Assembly (NCBI GenBank): GCA_028534125.1
Contig: CM052817.1
Span: 99,574,001 to 99,638,000 of the forward strand
DNA from: Lama glama
Lineage: Eukaryota
DNA: 64,000 bases
Direction of reading: 5' to 3'
Every line of letters begins with the position of its first letter. The first letter of the stretch is position 1. A model generated the notes under the pieces. It was not told the DNA's origin. It saw only the letters and a list, made by a program, of their open reading frames with translations, and ran no database searches. Position numbers and translations under genes: made by a program. Shown piece after piece: positions 39,541 to 52,889 of this stretch.

Positions 39541-40792
39541 GGAGATTCCTCAAAATACTAAAAATAGACTTATCATATGATCCAGCAACCCCATTCCTGG
39601 GCATCTATCTGGAGGGAACTCTAATTTGAAAACACACATGCACCCTACTGTTCACAGCAGCACTATATACAATAGCCAAGACATGGAAGTAACCTCAATG
39701 TCCATCGACAGATGACTGGATAAAGAAGCTGTGGTGTATTTATACAACAGAATACTACTCAGCCATATAAAAAGAATAAAATAATGCCATTTGCAGCAAC
39801 ATGGTTGGACCTAGAGATCATCATTCTAAGTGAAGTAAGCCAGAAATGGGAAGAAAAAATACCATATGATATCACTCATATGTGGAATCTAAAAAAAAAA
39901 GAGAGAGAAAAAGAAAAAAAGAGGATACTAATGAATTCATCTACAAAACAGAAACATACTCACAGACATAGTAAACAATCTTATGGTTACCAAAGGAAAG
40001 GGGTGGGAAGGGATAAATTAGGAGTTTGAGAATTGCAAATGTTAGCCACTATATATAAAAAACAGGTTTAAAAAACCTACCAGATTTCTTCTGTATAGCA
40101 CAGGGAACTATAATCAGTATCTTTTAATAACTTTTAATGAAAAAGAATATGAAAACAAATATATTTATGTACGTGCAGGACTGGGACACTGTGATGTACA
40201 CCAGAAACTGACACATTGTAACTGACTGTACTTCAATTAAACAAATAAATGAAATAAAAAAGAAATCCAGTGGGGAAAAAGAAAAGAAGTTATACTTAAG
40301 TGGAGAAGACAGAAAAGTAAATAGGCAAGCTCTCTTTCTTTCTAAATCAAGCCATTTTAATACAAATTAGAAAGTGGGGAACAACCTAGGGATATCTGGA
40401 ATCTTTAAAAAAATCACAAAAATAAAACAAATCATGAATGTCAATTCAAATGAAATATAATTAAAAGAGAGGGTAAAGTACAACAAAACTTAAAGAAGTA
40501 ATAAAATAGATTCTGAGTGGCAGGACTGTGCAGATATGAATAGTTAACATTTACCTCCCTGCAGCAGTCAAAGCCAGAGCCACTCCCCAGTCCCCCGGCT
40601 AGAACTGGCCTGACACAGCACTCCAGGCCTGATTCAGACTTCCAGTGGCACTCAAGATCATTCTGCTCACGTCTGCCACCAATGCCTACGTCACCTTAAT
40701 AATGTCTCTAAGATATGCTAATTGTTTCCCGGGCCATGGCTCTTCCTGTTACAAGAACTCCTTACAACAGAAATCAACTGAAATGAACGTAA

Positions 40793-40860
40793 GGATGGAC
40801 AGACGGATGGACAGGTAGGTAGGTGGACAGACAGACAGGCAGACAGATGGATAGACAGAC
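40793..40860 (+). repeat. Degenerate (GGAT/GACA/GGTA)n tetranucleotide repeat
   Basis: ggatggacagacggatggacaggtaggtaggtggacagacagacaggcagacagatggatagacagac. Confidence 0.85.
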
Positions 40861-41132
40861 TTGATTTTTCTTAACCTTACTTTCAAAAAAGAAGATGTAT
40901 TAAGTCCCACTACCTTTCACCCCACCAAATATCATTCCTGTTTTATCAATGGAGTGGCAGAGAGAGGACAGCCCCCCGAACACCTGAAGGTGGTGTGAGA
41001 ACGTTACATATTTTGCTTCCAGACAAACACTCTGTTAAAAAATGGGGCCACAGTTTCCCTAGGAGAGATGTACAGCTGTTCAGTGTGAGCTGAACCCAGT
41101 CAGAATGGTATTTAGGATTCTTCCTGGAATTT

Positions 41133-41215
41133 GAAAAGAAAAGAAAAGAAAAGGAAAGGAAAGGAAAGAAAAGGAAAGGAAAGGGAAGAAAAGGAAAAGA
41201 AAAGAAAAAAGAAAT
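41133..41215 (+). repeat. (GAAAA/GGAAA)n purine-rich pentanucleotide microsatellite
   Basis: Directly visible tandem repeat. Confidence 0.9.
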
Positions 41216-41699
41216 AAGAAGGTGGAGACAGGAGGAAAGAAACATAACTGCTGACGATGGGGTCAGTATCTAAGACATGTCTCCAGTCTCTATTCCTAAT
41301 CCCACCTCATTTCCATAAACCACAACCCAGACACCAACAATCTAAGAAAGACAAGGTGGGATTCCCGTGACAGGAATCCACAACAGCAGCAAAAGATTCC
41401 TTCATCTTCGCCACCAGCACCTTTACCAGAAAGTTAGCTGATGTGGGACGATCCTTGCTGGTGGGGCGGCAGCCTGGGGAAACAACAGTGTGTGAAGACA
41501 GCCAACCCACAAATACAAATCGGAAAGGGTTTTTTTCTGCCTCATTTATTTACTTTTGATACCTCTACTCTAAACAGTTTTAAATGTGAAACTTAAAAAA
41601 ACTCCAAGATCTCAATTTAAATTCCCTCAATAAGAATCAATTACTTAATCGAACTGAAGTGAAGGGAATTGGACCTGATAACCACCTCGATCCAACAGC

Positions 41700-41900
41700 A
41701 ACGACAGCTAACCTTACCGAGCACTGGTCCAATGCCTTGCACCCACCCTTAGAGGAAGACACTATTATTATCCCAGTTTTACAGATAAGAAGAGAGTTTA
41801 TGTCCAAGGTCTCACAACTTGTAAATGATGAAGCCAGGGTCTGAACTTGGATGGTCTGGTTCAAGAGCCTGAGTTCTTAGCTACTGTACTTCACTGCTTC
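41700..41900. mobile_element. MIR SINE
   Basis: actattattatcccagttttacagataaga...ccaaggtctcacaact. Confidence 0.7.
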
Positions 41901-43921
41901 ACAAAAAGTTCACCTACAACCAAATGTTGAGAGGAAAACACCAAACCCCCCCCAAAAACAAAAAAACAAAAACCCCATTTATGTAAGTGAGAATTGTGAA
42001 TTAATTACCAAGGAACCTTGAGACTTGTCTTCTTTCACTGACTATCCATGCTGGAATATTCCAATCAGAGGAAATCATGAAATCATGGAAGAATGGGGAA
42101 GGTGTCTTGAAGAGTATCAGTAAATAATTTAAGACTCTCATTGCTTCTGGGATTTATTCATAATATATAACATGGCAAAGAGTATATGCAAACATACGCT
42201 TGAAAATTCATGGGTCTGGCTATTTTTTGTGTTTTAGGAGATCCCACATTAAAGAGGTTGGTTGGTTTGTTTGTTTTGGCTTTTGCCTTTTGTTGGTTGA
42301 AGAAGAAAAAAACAACAAAGCCTTCTATTACTCACCAAGGCACAGGTCTGGTACCAGTGTTCGTAAGAGAAGCAATACATTTCCCTTTCCACACAATATA
42401 TTATACGGCAGGGCTTTGGTTTGTACATAAATGCTTCAAAGTACTGTTCTGCTCTGTTCTTTCAATATACTCGTGGCACCCTAACCTATGTGGAAATAAA
42501 TCTTAGAATCAAAGCTATAGTCCGGGATAGTCCTAAAGCCAATGTAAGTAAACAGCTGTTATTTCTAAATTACAATATTGTTATTTCTTCTGATGTCATC
42601 ATATTATCTTGTGAGGTTAATAGCAATGAAAACCCTTTAAACTGGAATTAAATAAAAGGGATTTTAATTATGAGCATATAAGGGTATCTCAGGAATTCTC
42701 CCAAACAGGAAGTGCAAGCTGAGCTTCATGCGGCACTGGGAAACAAGGCAGCTTCTTACACAAGCTCTCTTCTTCTGAGACCACACCATCCCTGCTTCTC
42801 CTGCTACAACTGGACTCTTTCTGCATGTTCATCAGCATACCTGGCCAGTGTTCATCAGCATATATGCCCCACAGAGCCCCAAATCTAAATAATTCTCATG
42901 GCTCTCAGCTCTATCTTTAGTTTAAACTTTCAAGAGGAAGAACTTGATTATCACAGCATGTAAGTCAGAAGTCCACCAGATACGGCCAAATGGAGTAGGG
43001 CCACGTGGAAACCTGGTCACAGCTGTCTATCCTTTAGCTGGGAGGCAGTACTTACAAGAAGCAGGCAAGGGCTGGTTGCATTGCAACCAGCGCTATTTAA
43101 TGAAGCAAGATTAAGTCTTACTGCATTAACATTCCGCTGTTCAAAACCATGGAAACAAACACTGAAACGTAGGCCGAAGGAACCCACAAGAGGATCAACT
43201 ACAGCGGTTGTTTCCAGAATGACTGTTAAACGCTTTGAAACCTAAGACCACCAGGAAGAACCCAAACAACGTCTCCTGTACTTTTTCCATCAGCTACTTT
43301 ACTTCTCAGGTGGCCTACCCTTTCCTACTGTGAGGGGACGAACGAAGACATTCTGTATTCAGATTGAGGGGAGGTTAGGGTTTATCACGCTTAAAGGAAT
43401 GGAACTAACTTCCCCCAAAGAAGTTCGTCTGCTATGTGGGAGAATCAGCACTAGGGAAAAGAGAGGACTGAATGTGTATCTTTTCTACATGCAGCCAAAG
43501 CTATCTTGTCACTATGTCAGAAGGCTGTGGGACCACTCAACAGTTCCTGACAATCCCAGACTTTATCAAGTCTGCAGAAAGCAGACGTGCAGCAGTGTGC
43601 TTATCCAGGCACCAAGGGCAGCTCGACTGTGTGCAGAGCAGGTGCCATGCAGGTCAGGGTATTCATGCAGATGCAGTTTATGCCCCTCTGTAGAATCCTG
43701 CTACGACCACACAGTGTGGCTCCAGTGGAGAGAATGCTTCGGGATCATGAATAATAAAACTGTACAGTTACTTCTGACAAAACTAACAGATATCAAATAG
43801 ATTTGCCAGACAGAACTTCTCAGTTGTGGAGATTTAAAGAGCCTTGATCTTGAAAAGTAGAGATAAGGCTGAAACTCATTCCCAAGTGGGTTCAGCTTGC
43901 TTAACTGAGATCCAAAGCAAC

Positions 43922-44331
43922 TATGATGGTCAATTTTATGTGTCAACTTGGCAAGGCTATAGTCCCCAACTATTCAATCAAACATTAATTTACATTTGCT
44001 GTGAAGGTATTTATGTAGATGTGGTTAAAGTTCATTATCAGTTGACTTTAAGTGTGGGAGATTATCCTAGATAATCTGGGTGGGCTGGATTCAATTGGTT
44101 GAAAGGCTTTAAGAGCAGAGCTGAGTCTTCCCTGATAAAGAAAAAATCCTGCCTGTTGACATAAGTTTCAGTCCGTGTATGTAAGGTCCAGCCCCTTCTC
44201 GGTGTATCTGCCCTATGGATATCTGACTTGTCCAGCCAGCCCCACAATCACATAAGCCAATTCCTTACAATAAATCCCTTAATATACATCTCCTACTGGT
44301 TCTGTTTTTCTGGTTGAACCCTAACTGATCC
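43922..44331 (+). mobile_element. ERVL solo LTR (MLT2-type)
   Basis: tatgatggtcaattttatgtgtcaacttgg...cctactggttctgtttttctggttgaaccctaactga. Confidence 0.85.
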
Positions 44332-45039
44332 AACAACTAAATAATCATCACAATAACCCTAAGAGACAGGTACTATTATTAGCCCTGTGTATAAATGAGA
44401 AAACATGATACAGAAACATTAAGAAGTTTGCGCAGCGGAACCCAGCTCCTAGTGGGGAAGCTGGATTCTAATTCAGTCAGCCTGATGCTCAGACCAAAGC
44501 ATCGCACTTTCTATTCCACAGCTTCTCTGAATGATTCTACCAATTTGAGCAAAGCATAAACAGCTAAAAAAGTATTTTTTAAAAATTCATTTTGGATGGC
44601 CCCCAAAAGTTCTCCAAGCTTGATCTGGGAGTATTTTTTGTATTCGTCTGAATTATCCTAAAAGTTCCCCAAACTTAAGCACAGATAGTTCTAATTTCAA
44701 ATACAGGCTCAAGGTGTGTGCACTGATGTCTTTGCCTCTAATCCAGGTGACCCGACTCCTGAATGCCCTTGGATGGGCCTCTGAAAAGCCTGGGCAAGGG
44801 GACCGCCAGAGGCTGTGGATTAGTACAAGATTCCTTTGGAAAGTATTGTTTTGGGGCATGAGATAAAAATTACAGAAATGAGTCATGGTTAACAATCTGA
44901 GCATTCTAACATAAAAATATGAGGCAAATTGTAAGAAACAATATTCCTATTGGTTACTTCCTTCTGGTTCATTCATAAGCAACACAGGGCAAGGGAAGCT
45001 CTTTGAAGAAATTTATACTGGTAAGAATGTCTCTTTTAC

Positions 45040-45660
45040 TGAGGCAATTTGGCAGTATGTATGAAAACTCTTATAATGTTTCTGATCTATTAATTTTGAT
45101 CTATTAAATCCACTGCTAGGAATTTATCATAAGGAGGTAATCAGGGATGGTCCATTAAAATGCAGGTTTAAGAATCTTATCACAGCATTGTTTATAATAC
45201 CAAAAATTGAAAATAACCTAAATGTCTGAAAATAGGAAAATAAAGTTTGGCATACCTACGTAATGGAATACCATTAAAAATCATATGGGAAATGTTTATA
45301 AACTATTGTTTCATGAAAAAAGCTTTTATACATTATGTATGTATGTACAGTGTGATCCCAATTATGTCTTCAAAAAATACACCAATTATAAGAGTATTTA
45401 CTGAAATGGGAAAATGTTCATGATATAATGTTAAATGAAAACAGTAATTTAAAAACAGTATCTTCATGAGCCTTTATGTTAAAATTATAGTATCTTTTTG
45501 AAAAGATAAAAACCAGAAAGAAATACATCAAAATATAATAGCAATTAACTATGAGGAGGTGGGATTATATATGATTTTCTTTTCTTTTATATAGTACTTG
45601 TTTTTTCCAAATTTTCTATCATGAACATATTCTGCTTTATAATCAGAACAAATGAATATA
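45040..45660 (+). mobile_element. Old L1ME-type 3' fragment
   Basis: ggcaatttggcagtatgtat...ccactgctaggaatttatc...cacagcattgtttataatac. Confidence 0.7.
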
Positions 45661-46319
45661 ATTTCACTTAAATTTTTTTTAAATGGTGTTAAAAATAGGA
45701 ATTCACCATATGGAAAAATTCTGAAGGGTGCAGTTCAGCTTATAATGACTTTTTCTATTTGGACCTTCTCTTTGGAATCTGTAACCAAAAAGAAGCTAAT
45801 GGGCAAGAAATGGTGATAAACTTTGAGGCCGCTCGTCTTTCCTTGATAGCATCCCCGAACCACCTGCACAAGGCAGGGTGCCAGGGACAATTTTATCTCC
45901 AGGAAAGGTTTACAATCGGTGGGATGTTTGTATTTTAGACACAGTGTTACTCTGAAGCATTCAGACAATGGATACTTTCCTTCTATTCTTTCATTTTTCT
46001 TAATTACCAAAGGGTACTGATTCTCAATCCTCCTTTCCAAATGGAGAGAGAGTCACACACAAGTCCTTCTTTGGCATGCCTGCTTTATTTTTGCTGCACT
46101 TAGAAGTGCTGTCCAAGGGTGACCAGGCTCACTCTGCATCTCCTGTGCTGCTCTACAAATGGGGTGAGAAGGAAAGTGACAAAAACTTGTCACAGGGCAG
46201 AACTGAAAGCTCTGATTTGGTACCTAGAGAACCCCCTCATCAAAAAGGAAGTCCTCAACCTTGAAACTGTATTTTTGGGACCAGGGCTGATTTCTGGTTT
46301 AAAGACCGGTTTTATGACA

Positions 46320-47022
46320 TTATGGAAGCTCCTCAAAAACCTAAACCTAAAAACAGAGCTACCATATAATCCAGCAATCCCACCCCTAGGCATGTATCTG
46401 GAAAAGATGAAAACTCTAATTTGAAAAGATACATGCATCCCAATGTTCACAGAAGTGCTATTTACAGTAGCCGAGATGAAGAAACAACCCAAGTGTCTGT
46501 CAACAGACAACTGGTTTAAGAAGATGTGTTACACACACACACACACACACACATATATACATATACACACAATGGACTATCAGTCAGCCGTGAAAAGAAT
46601 GAAATATTACCATTTGCAGCAACATGGATGGACCTACAGAATATCATACTAAGTCAGTGCAACAGAGAAAGACAGATATTATATAATATCACTTATATGT
46701 GGAATCTAAAAAATAATACAAATGAATCTCTGTACAAAACAAAACCAGAGTCTTAGACAGAAAACAAGAGTATGGTTACCAGAGGGGAAAGGGAGAAATG
46801 GAGGGATAAATTAGGAGTATGGGATTAACAGATACAAACTACTACTAAACATAAAAGAGATAAGCAACGAGGATTTACTGTACAGCTCAGGGAAGTATAT
46901 TCAATACCTTGTAATATCCTTTACTGGAAAATAATCTGAAATATATATATCTAAATCACTTAAGTGTATACCTGAAACTAACACAATATTGCAAATTAAC
47001 TCTACTTCAATTAAAAAAAAAA
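46320..47022 (+). mobile_element. L1 3' fragment containing a (CA)n tract
   Basis: ccatataatccagcaatcccac, ccatttgcagcaacatggatggacct, A-tail; ORF 46526..46756 ILPFAATWMDLQNIILS is L1 ORF2-like. Confidence 0.9.
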
Positions 47023-48558
47023 GAAAGGCTTTATGTATCAAACAAGACTGAATTTTGATCAAAAGCAGTTCACTGTTAACGGTATAACAGGTGCTTAGGT
47101 TACCAAGTGACTGTTTAAGCAATTCTGTCCACATTAAGATTCTTCCAGGAGTTAGTGCGCTTTTGTCACTTATAGTCCTATTCAATGTCTTTGAAGAACA
47201 GTGATACATTCTCTGCCAGTAGGGAAAATATATAAATAAAAAATTAAAGTCCAGTTGTGTAAGAATATTGATTAGTCGAGGTAAAATCACAAACTAAGGG
47301 CAGACCAAGATCCACAAAGATGTATACAGAGTTCACTCAACTAAAGGCTATTTAATATAGATTGTGCAGAACTGTGTAAATAACTGCTTCTAAACTATAC
47401 TGTAGAAAAGTAAAGAACTAATATAAAATATAGCCCAAGGGAAAGAGAGAAAAGAATCAGGATGAAAACATCTGAGGGCCAGTATGTCCACATGCTCCCT
47501 GGACTGCTGACAGGTGGGTGGCTACCCGTGCCAGTCTTGAGAAAAAGTCACAAACACAGGACCAGCTGCTGTTCCAAAGTTAACTGCCTGCTGATAGTTT
47601 AATTTGAAACAACTTCAGAGAAGCCCCCACACTAAATACTATGGTAGTGGTAGGCCAGCTGATAAAACTCTTCAATTACCCAACTGATAGACCATACAAA
47701 TGCTTCATTTTCATTCCCATCACACCAGGGGGAAATACTAAAGTCACATTTCTTAAAACCATGATAAAATACATATATTCTCTGTAGAATGACATAAAAT
47801 GTGGGTAATCCTTTCACATCGCCCATTGCAAAAGGATTTTTTCCTACAAAACCTGTATACACTTTAATTTTTCACCTCGTTTACAGCATTACAGAGTCTG
47901 TAGCAAAAGTAATGTTTCTCTTACAGCTGAGAAAACATAATGCCAGAAAGTAATTACATACAGGCTATAGTTTATAGAGGTACAGAAATCAAAACATATG
48001 GGCAGGGAAACGCCGCAGAGTTACAGTAGCTAAGCCAAGCCCAGCAGAGCGTGACATTTTAATAGACATATTTAGAAAGGAGAAAAGCAAAGACAAGTTA
48101 CATCTTCTGCTTTTAGCTAATCTATTCAAACCATAATGTGATAATGGTAAAGTGTCATAATAAAATCTTCAGCATCTTTAAAAGACCAGCAACAGGGTAC
48201 CAGTGCAGAAAACCAAGCCCCTTTCAAGTTGTTAATGATAAAGTGGTTGCTCTGAGTTTTAACATCAACTATTAATTCTGAGCGCACTAACCTATGTGCT
48301 ATAAATATTCTGCATGTTGAGTTCGAGTACTTCCCTGCATGGGTGACATTTCAGGCCACGTTATGGGGACGGGGGTTGAAACAGGCCCTACCAAACCTGC
48401 ATTGGCACCAAACCACCATGAAGCCATCTGAGATTTGGGAAGAAAAGAGAAATGTAAGGTATATAAAATTTCAAAATTTAATTATGAATTAGAATAGGAG
48501 TTCAACAGAAACTCGAGAAAAAAATTTATCTTGGAAGAAGCAATAGAGGTTTCCTCAC

Positions 48559-48589
<31 letters not shown>
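48559..48589 (+). repeat. (TA)n(CA)n microsatellite
   Basis: Directly visible. Confidence 0.85.
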
Positions 48590-49699
48590 AAGATATGAAC
48601 ATAACAGTGTTTTCTGCAGCACCTTTCCTGTGATGCTATCAATAAGCAATTCAAAGGCTACCAATAAAGGACTGATTAAATAAATAGTAATATAACTACA
48701 CTAGAAAACTCTATGAAGCAGTTAAAAAATATAATGAAGTGTATTTCTAAAATACAAGTGAAAAGAGCAAGTTGGCATAAATATATATATATGAATATAT
48801 ATACACATATACACTACACACACACACATATCCCCATTTATTCTAAATATTCCTTGAACATATACTATACATGTGCATAGAAAGCAGTCTAAGATAGACA
48901 CTGAACCACTAGACTCTTTCATTAAAAGTTGCCTGTGGAATAAAGACAGACACCACATATTTCTGTACTACTAAGAAATGTTTTTATGTTACTCGTTTAC
49001 TCTTAGGTAACAAAATAAGATAAAAATCCACAGAGCAATAAACAGTGCTTCGAGTAGAGGGAATTACAGGAGAAGACTATGAATAGAGATGAAATGGAAA
49101 CAGTGTTTGATCATGTTTTTTTCTGAACATTCTTGATTATTTCCTCATTTTTATTTTCCTATTTCAGAAAAAACAATCAAAGGAAATTTCCCTCAATTTT
49201 ATGTTCATGCCCTGTAAAAACATCACTATGGTACCAAAGAACTCAAGTTCTTCTTGGAGACCTTTTAAATTAATTATAAAATTTTTCAGGATTTAAAAAA
49301 AGTGTAGATAGGCAAAGCCCAAAACTTAGCTTAAGAAATAAAGTGGTATAAATTACATTTAATATCTTGTAATAACCTACAATGAAAAAGAATATATATA
49401 TGTATAACCAAATCACTATACTGCTTATCAGAAACTAATACAAGATTATAAAGCAACTATATTTCAATAAAAAAAAGAAAGCAGTATAGATACACTTCAG
49501 GCTCCCTGTGTACACTTTCCTAACCTATTCCTTTGATAGTCAATATCCTAAATTCACAATTTATCAGTTCCACGTGCATTTTTGTATACTTTTACTTAAA
49601 AAGTATACGTAGTCATATAAAATACATATACATATATATGTAGCCATAAAAATACAATAAAGAACATATTATTCGAGTCTCACCTGTGATAAAGGGAGT

Positions 49700-49925
49700 G
49701 TGCAAACTTTTTCTATGTCTGGAGTTGGCAAACTTTTTCTATAAAGGTCAGATAGTAAATATTTCCAGCTTTGAGGGCCATATGGTTTCTGCTGTCACCA
49801 GTCAACTCTGCTGTTGCCATGCGAACGCAGACAGTGTGCAGACAAACAGGCATGGCTGAGATCCCATAAAACTATATTTACGATAACAGGTGGCAAGCCA
49901 GATTTGGCCCATTTGCTGACCTCTA
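49700..49925 (+). mobile_element. MER58-like hAT MITE inside an old minus-strand L1 (about 49500-50980)
   Basis: gttggcaaactttttctataaaggtcagatagtaaatatt...gccagatttggccca. Confidence 0.8.
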
Positions 49926-52889
49926 CTTTATATAAATGGTATCATACTGAACCTATCTGTCTTCTACAACTTGCATTTTATCATCCAAAACTCTGTTTCT
50001 GAGATTCCTCTCTGTTGTCACACATAGCTGTAGTTCCCTTAGTCCGAACAGTGCTACTCTCAACACTCCAGTACACGTTCCTTTGGCACATGAGACAGAA
50101 TTTCTCCAGGGTGTACGATAGCGGCTGGGTTGTATGGTTATGGGCAATTACTCAGTTAATCTCTGAACAGGATATACCACATTATTCTCACACATACTTG
50201 TTACCATCAGTCTTTGAGATTTCTGCACCAACTCAATGGAAGTGAAATGGTGTCTCATTATCACACTGGTCCACATCTTCTTAGTAGCAGCAAGGTCAGG
50301 AATCTTTTCAAATTATTAGTTGGCTCCTTAGGTTTCATCTTTCCTGAGCTCCCTGCCCTATTTGTCTTCTTCTTTCTGATGGGCAGTTTATTTATGTTGG
50401 ACGTGCACTGTTGCTGCCATTGTGCCGTGCAGTCATGACTTTTCACATGCTTTTGCTGAGTTCATGTACATACGTTTTAAATTTTCACTTAGTCAAATTT
50501 ATCAGTCTTTCTCGTTGTGGTTTGTAATTGTTGATCCTTGTTTAGAAACTCATCCCCTACGCGAAATTCATAAAGATATTCTCACGTATTTCTTCAAAAT
50601 ATTTGTTTTACTTTTTATTTTTATGTCTTTAGATTCTACCTTACATAAGAAAATGATTTTTAAAAATATGGGTGATCAGTTGTTCCTGCAACAGTCATTG
50701 ACATGTTCACTTTCCCCACTGATCTGTTCTACCACCTCCATCCAGCACACAATACAGAACTGTGTGTCTCCACCTCTTTGGTGGATTCTCTATTCTGTTT
50801 TCTTGACCCATTTCTCTGCTGATAAAACACCGTCTTAATTACTTACAAGAGTCTACCTCCCAGTCTTGATCTTCAAAATTGCCTTGGTTACTTTTGTTCT
50901 TCCTTATAAAATTTAAAATCACTTTGTCTAATTCAAAAATATTTGTGATTTTTACCAAACTTTCATTGAACCTTATGACTGGACATCAAAGGGGATTATG
51001 CAGGTAGTTTTAAGAAGGCTTTAGGAAGACTAAGATTGAATGTTAATTTTTGAGAAATAGATTCAGGGTCCTCTGTTTTTCTGTCTTTTTTTTTTTTTTC
51101 CCGCAGCTGTAAATTATTTCCTTGTAGTAGGCAAAACATTTAAGACAAAGTAGCTGGTTTTTCAGCCCCATAAGTCATGGGGATCTAAGCTGGTGGGGTG
51201 GTAAAAACAGCTCCTAACTTTCTGTCACTGGCACTGATTGCCACAGGGCTTACCTTCATTATCTTTAGCTCCTACTTCGCTCTCAATTAGTTTCCCAACC
51301 TGCCATCCCATAGTACATTTTTCTAGATGTTATTCATAGCTGTGTCTGGGAAAGGAAGTCACAACTTCAAACAAATGTTTAAAATCCTTTATAGTAAATA
51401 TCTCACTTGGTGTTTTGTAATGCACTTTAGTTTATCAAAGACTCAGTACAGAAATATGCCTAATTTTGTTTTGACTCACATTTCACAAACTTTTGGGACG
51501 CACTAGTGATTTATTTCTTGTATACAAAGTAATTTCCTACAAAAAATGTTCCGTGGGCCATCAATTTGAGAACTGGTATATTTAAACTAATAAGGAAAAG
51601 ACAAGAAGAATTCAGATATTCTGACTTCTACACTGGTCAATCAGCAATAAGAAAAAAATTTAAAACACCCAACATCAAAGCAAACTGATGAAAAACCTTA
51701 AAAATGCTTACGTGATGTTTTTTCGGTTGGTGTCTTAGTGTTGCCCTATACCTGATAAAACTTTGACTTGACAAGAGTTATACTTTCCTTCTTATTTCAG
51801 CACCAAAATGAAAGAACAGGCAGCCGTTCCAGATTTATTCGCCTCTCACTGTGAAAACTATAGAATAGTTTGGCCTTATAAAAACTCAAACAAAAGCAAT
51901 GCATCCCTCTTATCCTTGCTGGGCGTCGAGCCCATGATCTTGCTGCCAAGTGGCCTGAGGAGAACCAAAACAAGAAAAAAACAAAATTAAGTAAATTTGG
52001 TTATATTTTCTTCCTTCTGCCCTGTTGATGCAGCAGGTATTACTCTGCCTGACGCACTGCTGGACAGGTGGAGTGGCCCTGCTCAGCTAAGGCTAGCAGT
52101 AGAAGGGCGGGTCACTACCAATCTCAGCAGACACCCTGACAGACAACAATGGCCTTTCCCGGAAAACAGCTCTCCTTTCTCACACGACGTTGCTCCTTGC
52201 TGCTGTGGTAACAAACATTCAGTCACAGGCATGCGCGAGCATTTGAGAGTCAGGTTCTTTTCAGTTTGCAAGAGAAAAACATTGGCATTTTCTTTCTCTC
52301 TTCGAACTACATTTGGCATTTATTCAACGAACACTTATTTATTATTAAGTGCTTACTGTGGACCAAAAACTGCATGAAGTGCTGGGGTTACTGAGACCAG
52401 CAGCACAGTCCTTGAGAACCTGAAAGGTTAAAGGCCGAGTGCCACAAGCACTGCCGGAAACAGAACTATGAGGACTGGGATCCTGCGGTCAAAGAGGCTC
52501 TCAGAGGTTGGGAATGTAAATCCCAAACAATGGGCACTCTGTGCTCCGTGAAGCTGGAGACTTTTTCTTGTTTTCTATCATATCTGGAGCCTGGATTAGG
52601 GTCTCAACAAATAGTTATCGGCTGCTGAATGAGCAAGGGGCTGGAGCCACCTAGAATCATAATTTAGCCACGTGTGAATCTTTTCTATTTCATTCCCAGC
52701 ACTAGCTCGTCCAGGTTTTCCTTGACAGTGTTCCTTCACAGAATGGCCCATTCCATCCTTGACCAGCTACGCCTGGAAATCCTTCCTTGCACTGTGCAGA
52801 AACCCACCCCCTCAAAGTTCCAACCGCAGCTGCATACTCTGCCCTCTAGAACTCCACAGAACACACAGAACCCTTCCCTCCACTGCTTT

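Larger units (their letters stand above)
38092..40262 (+). mobile_element. 5'-truncated L1 (ORF2 3' end, 3' UTR, A-tail), interrupted by the LTR and itself inside an L2 remnant
   Basis: Typical L1 text (aaatgggcagaagacctaaat, atgcaaatcaaaactaca, gccatttgcagcaacatgg); ORF 39784..40029 MPFAATWLDLEIIILSEVSQ is the L1 ORF2 C-terminus. Confidence 0.92.
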
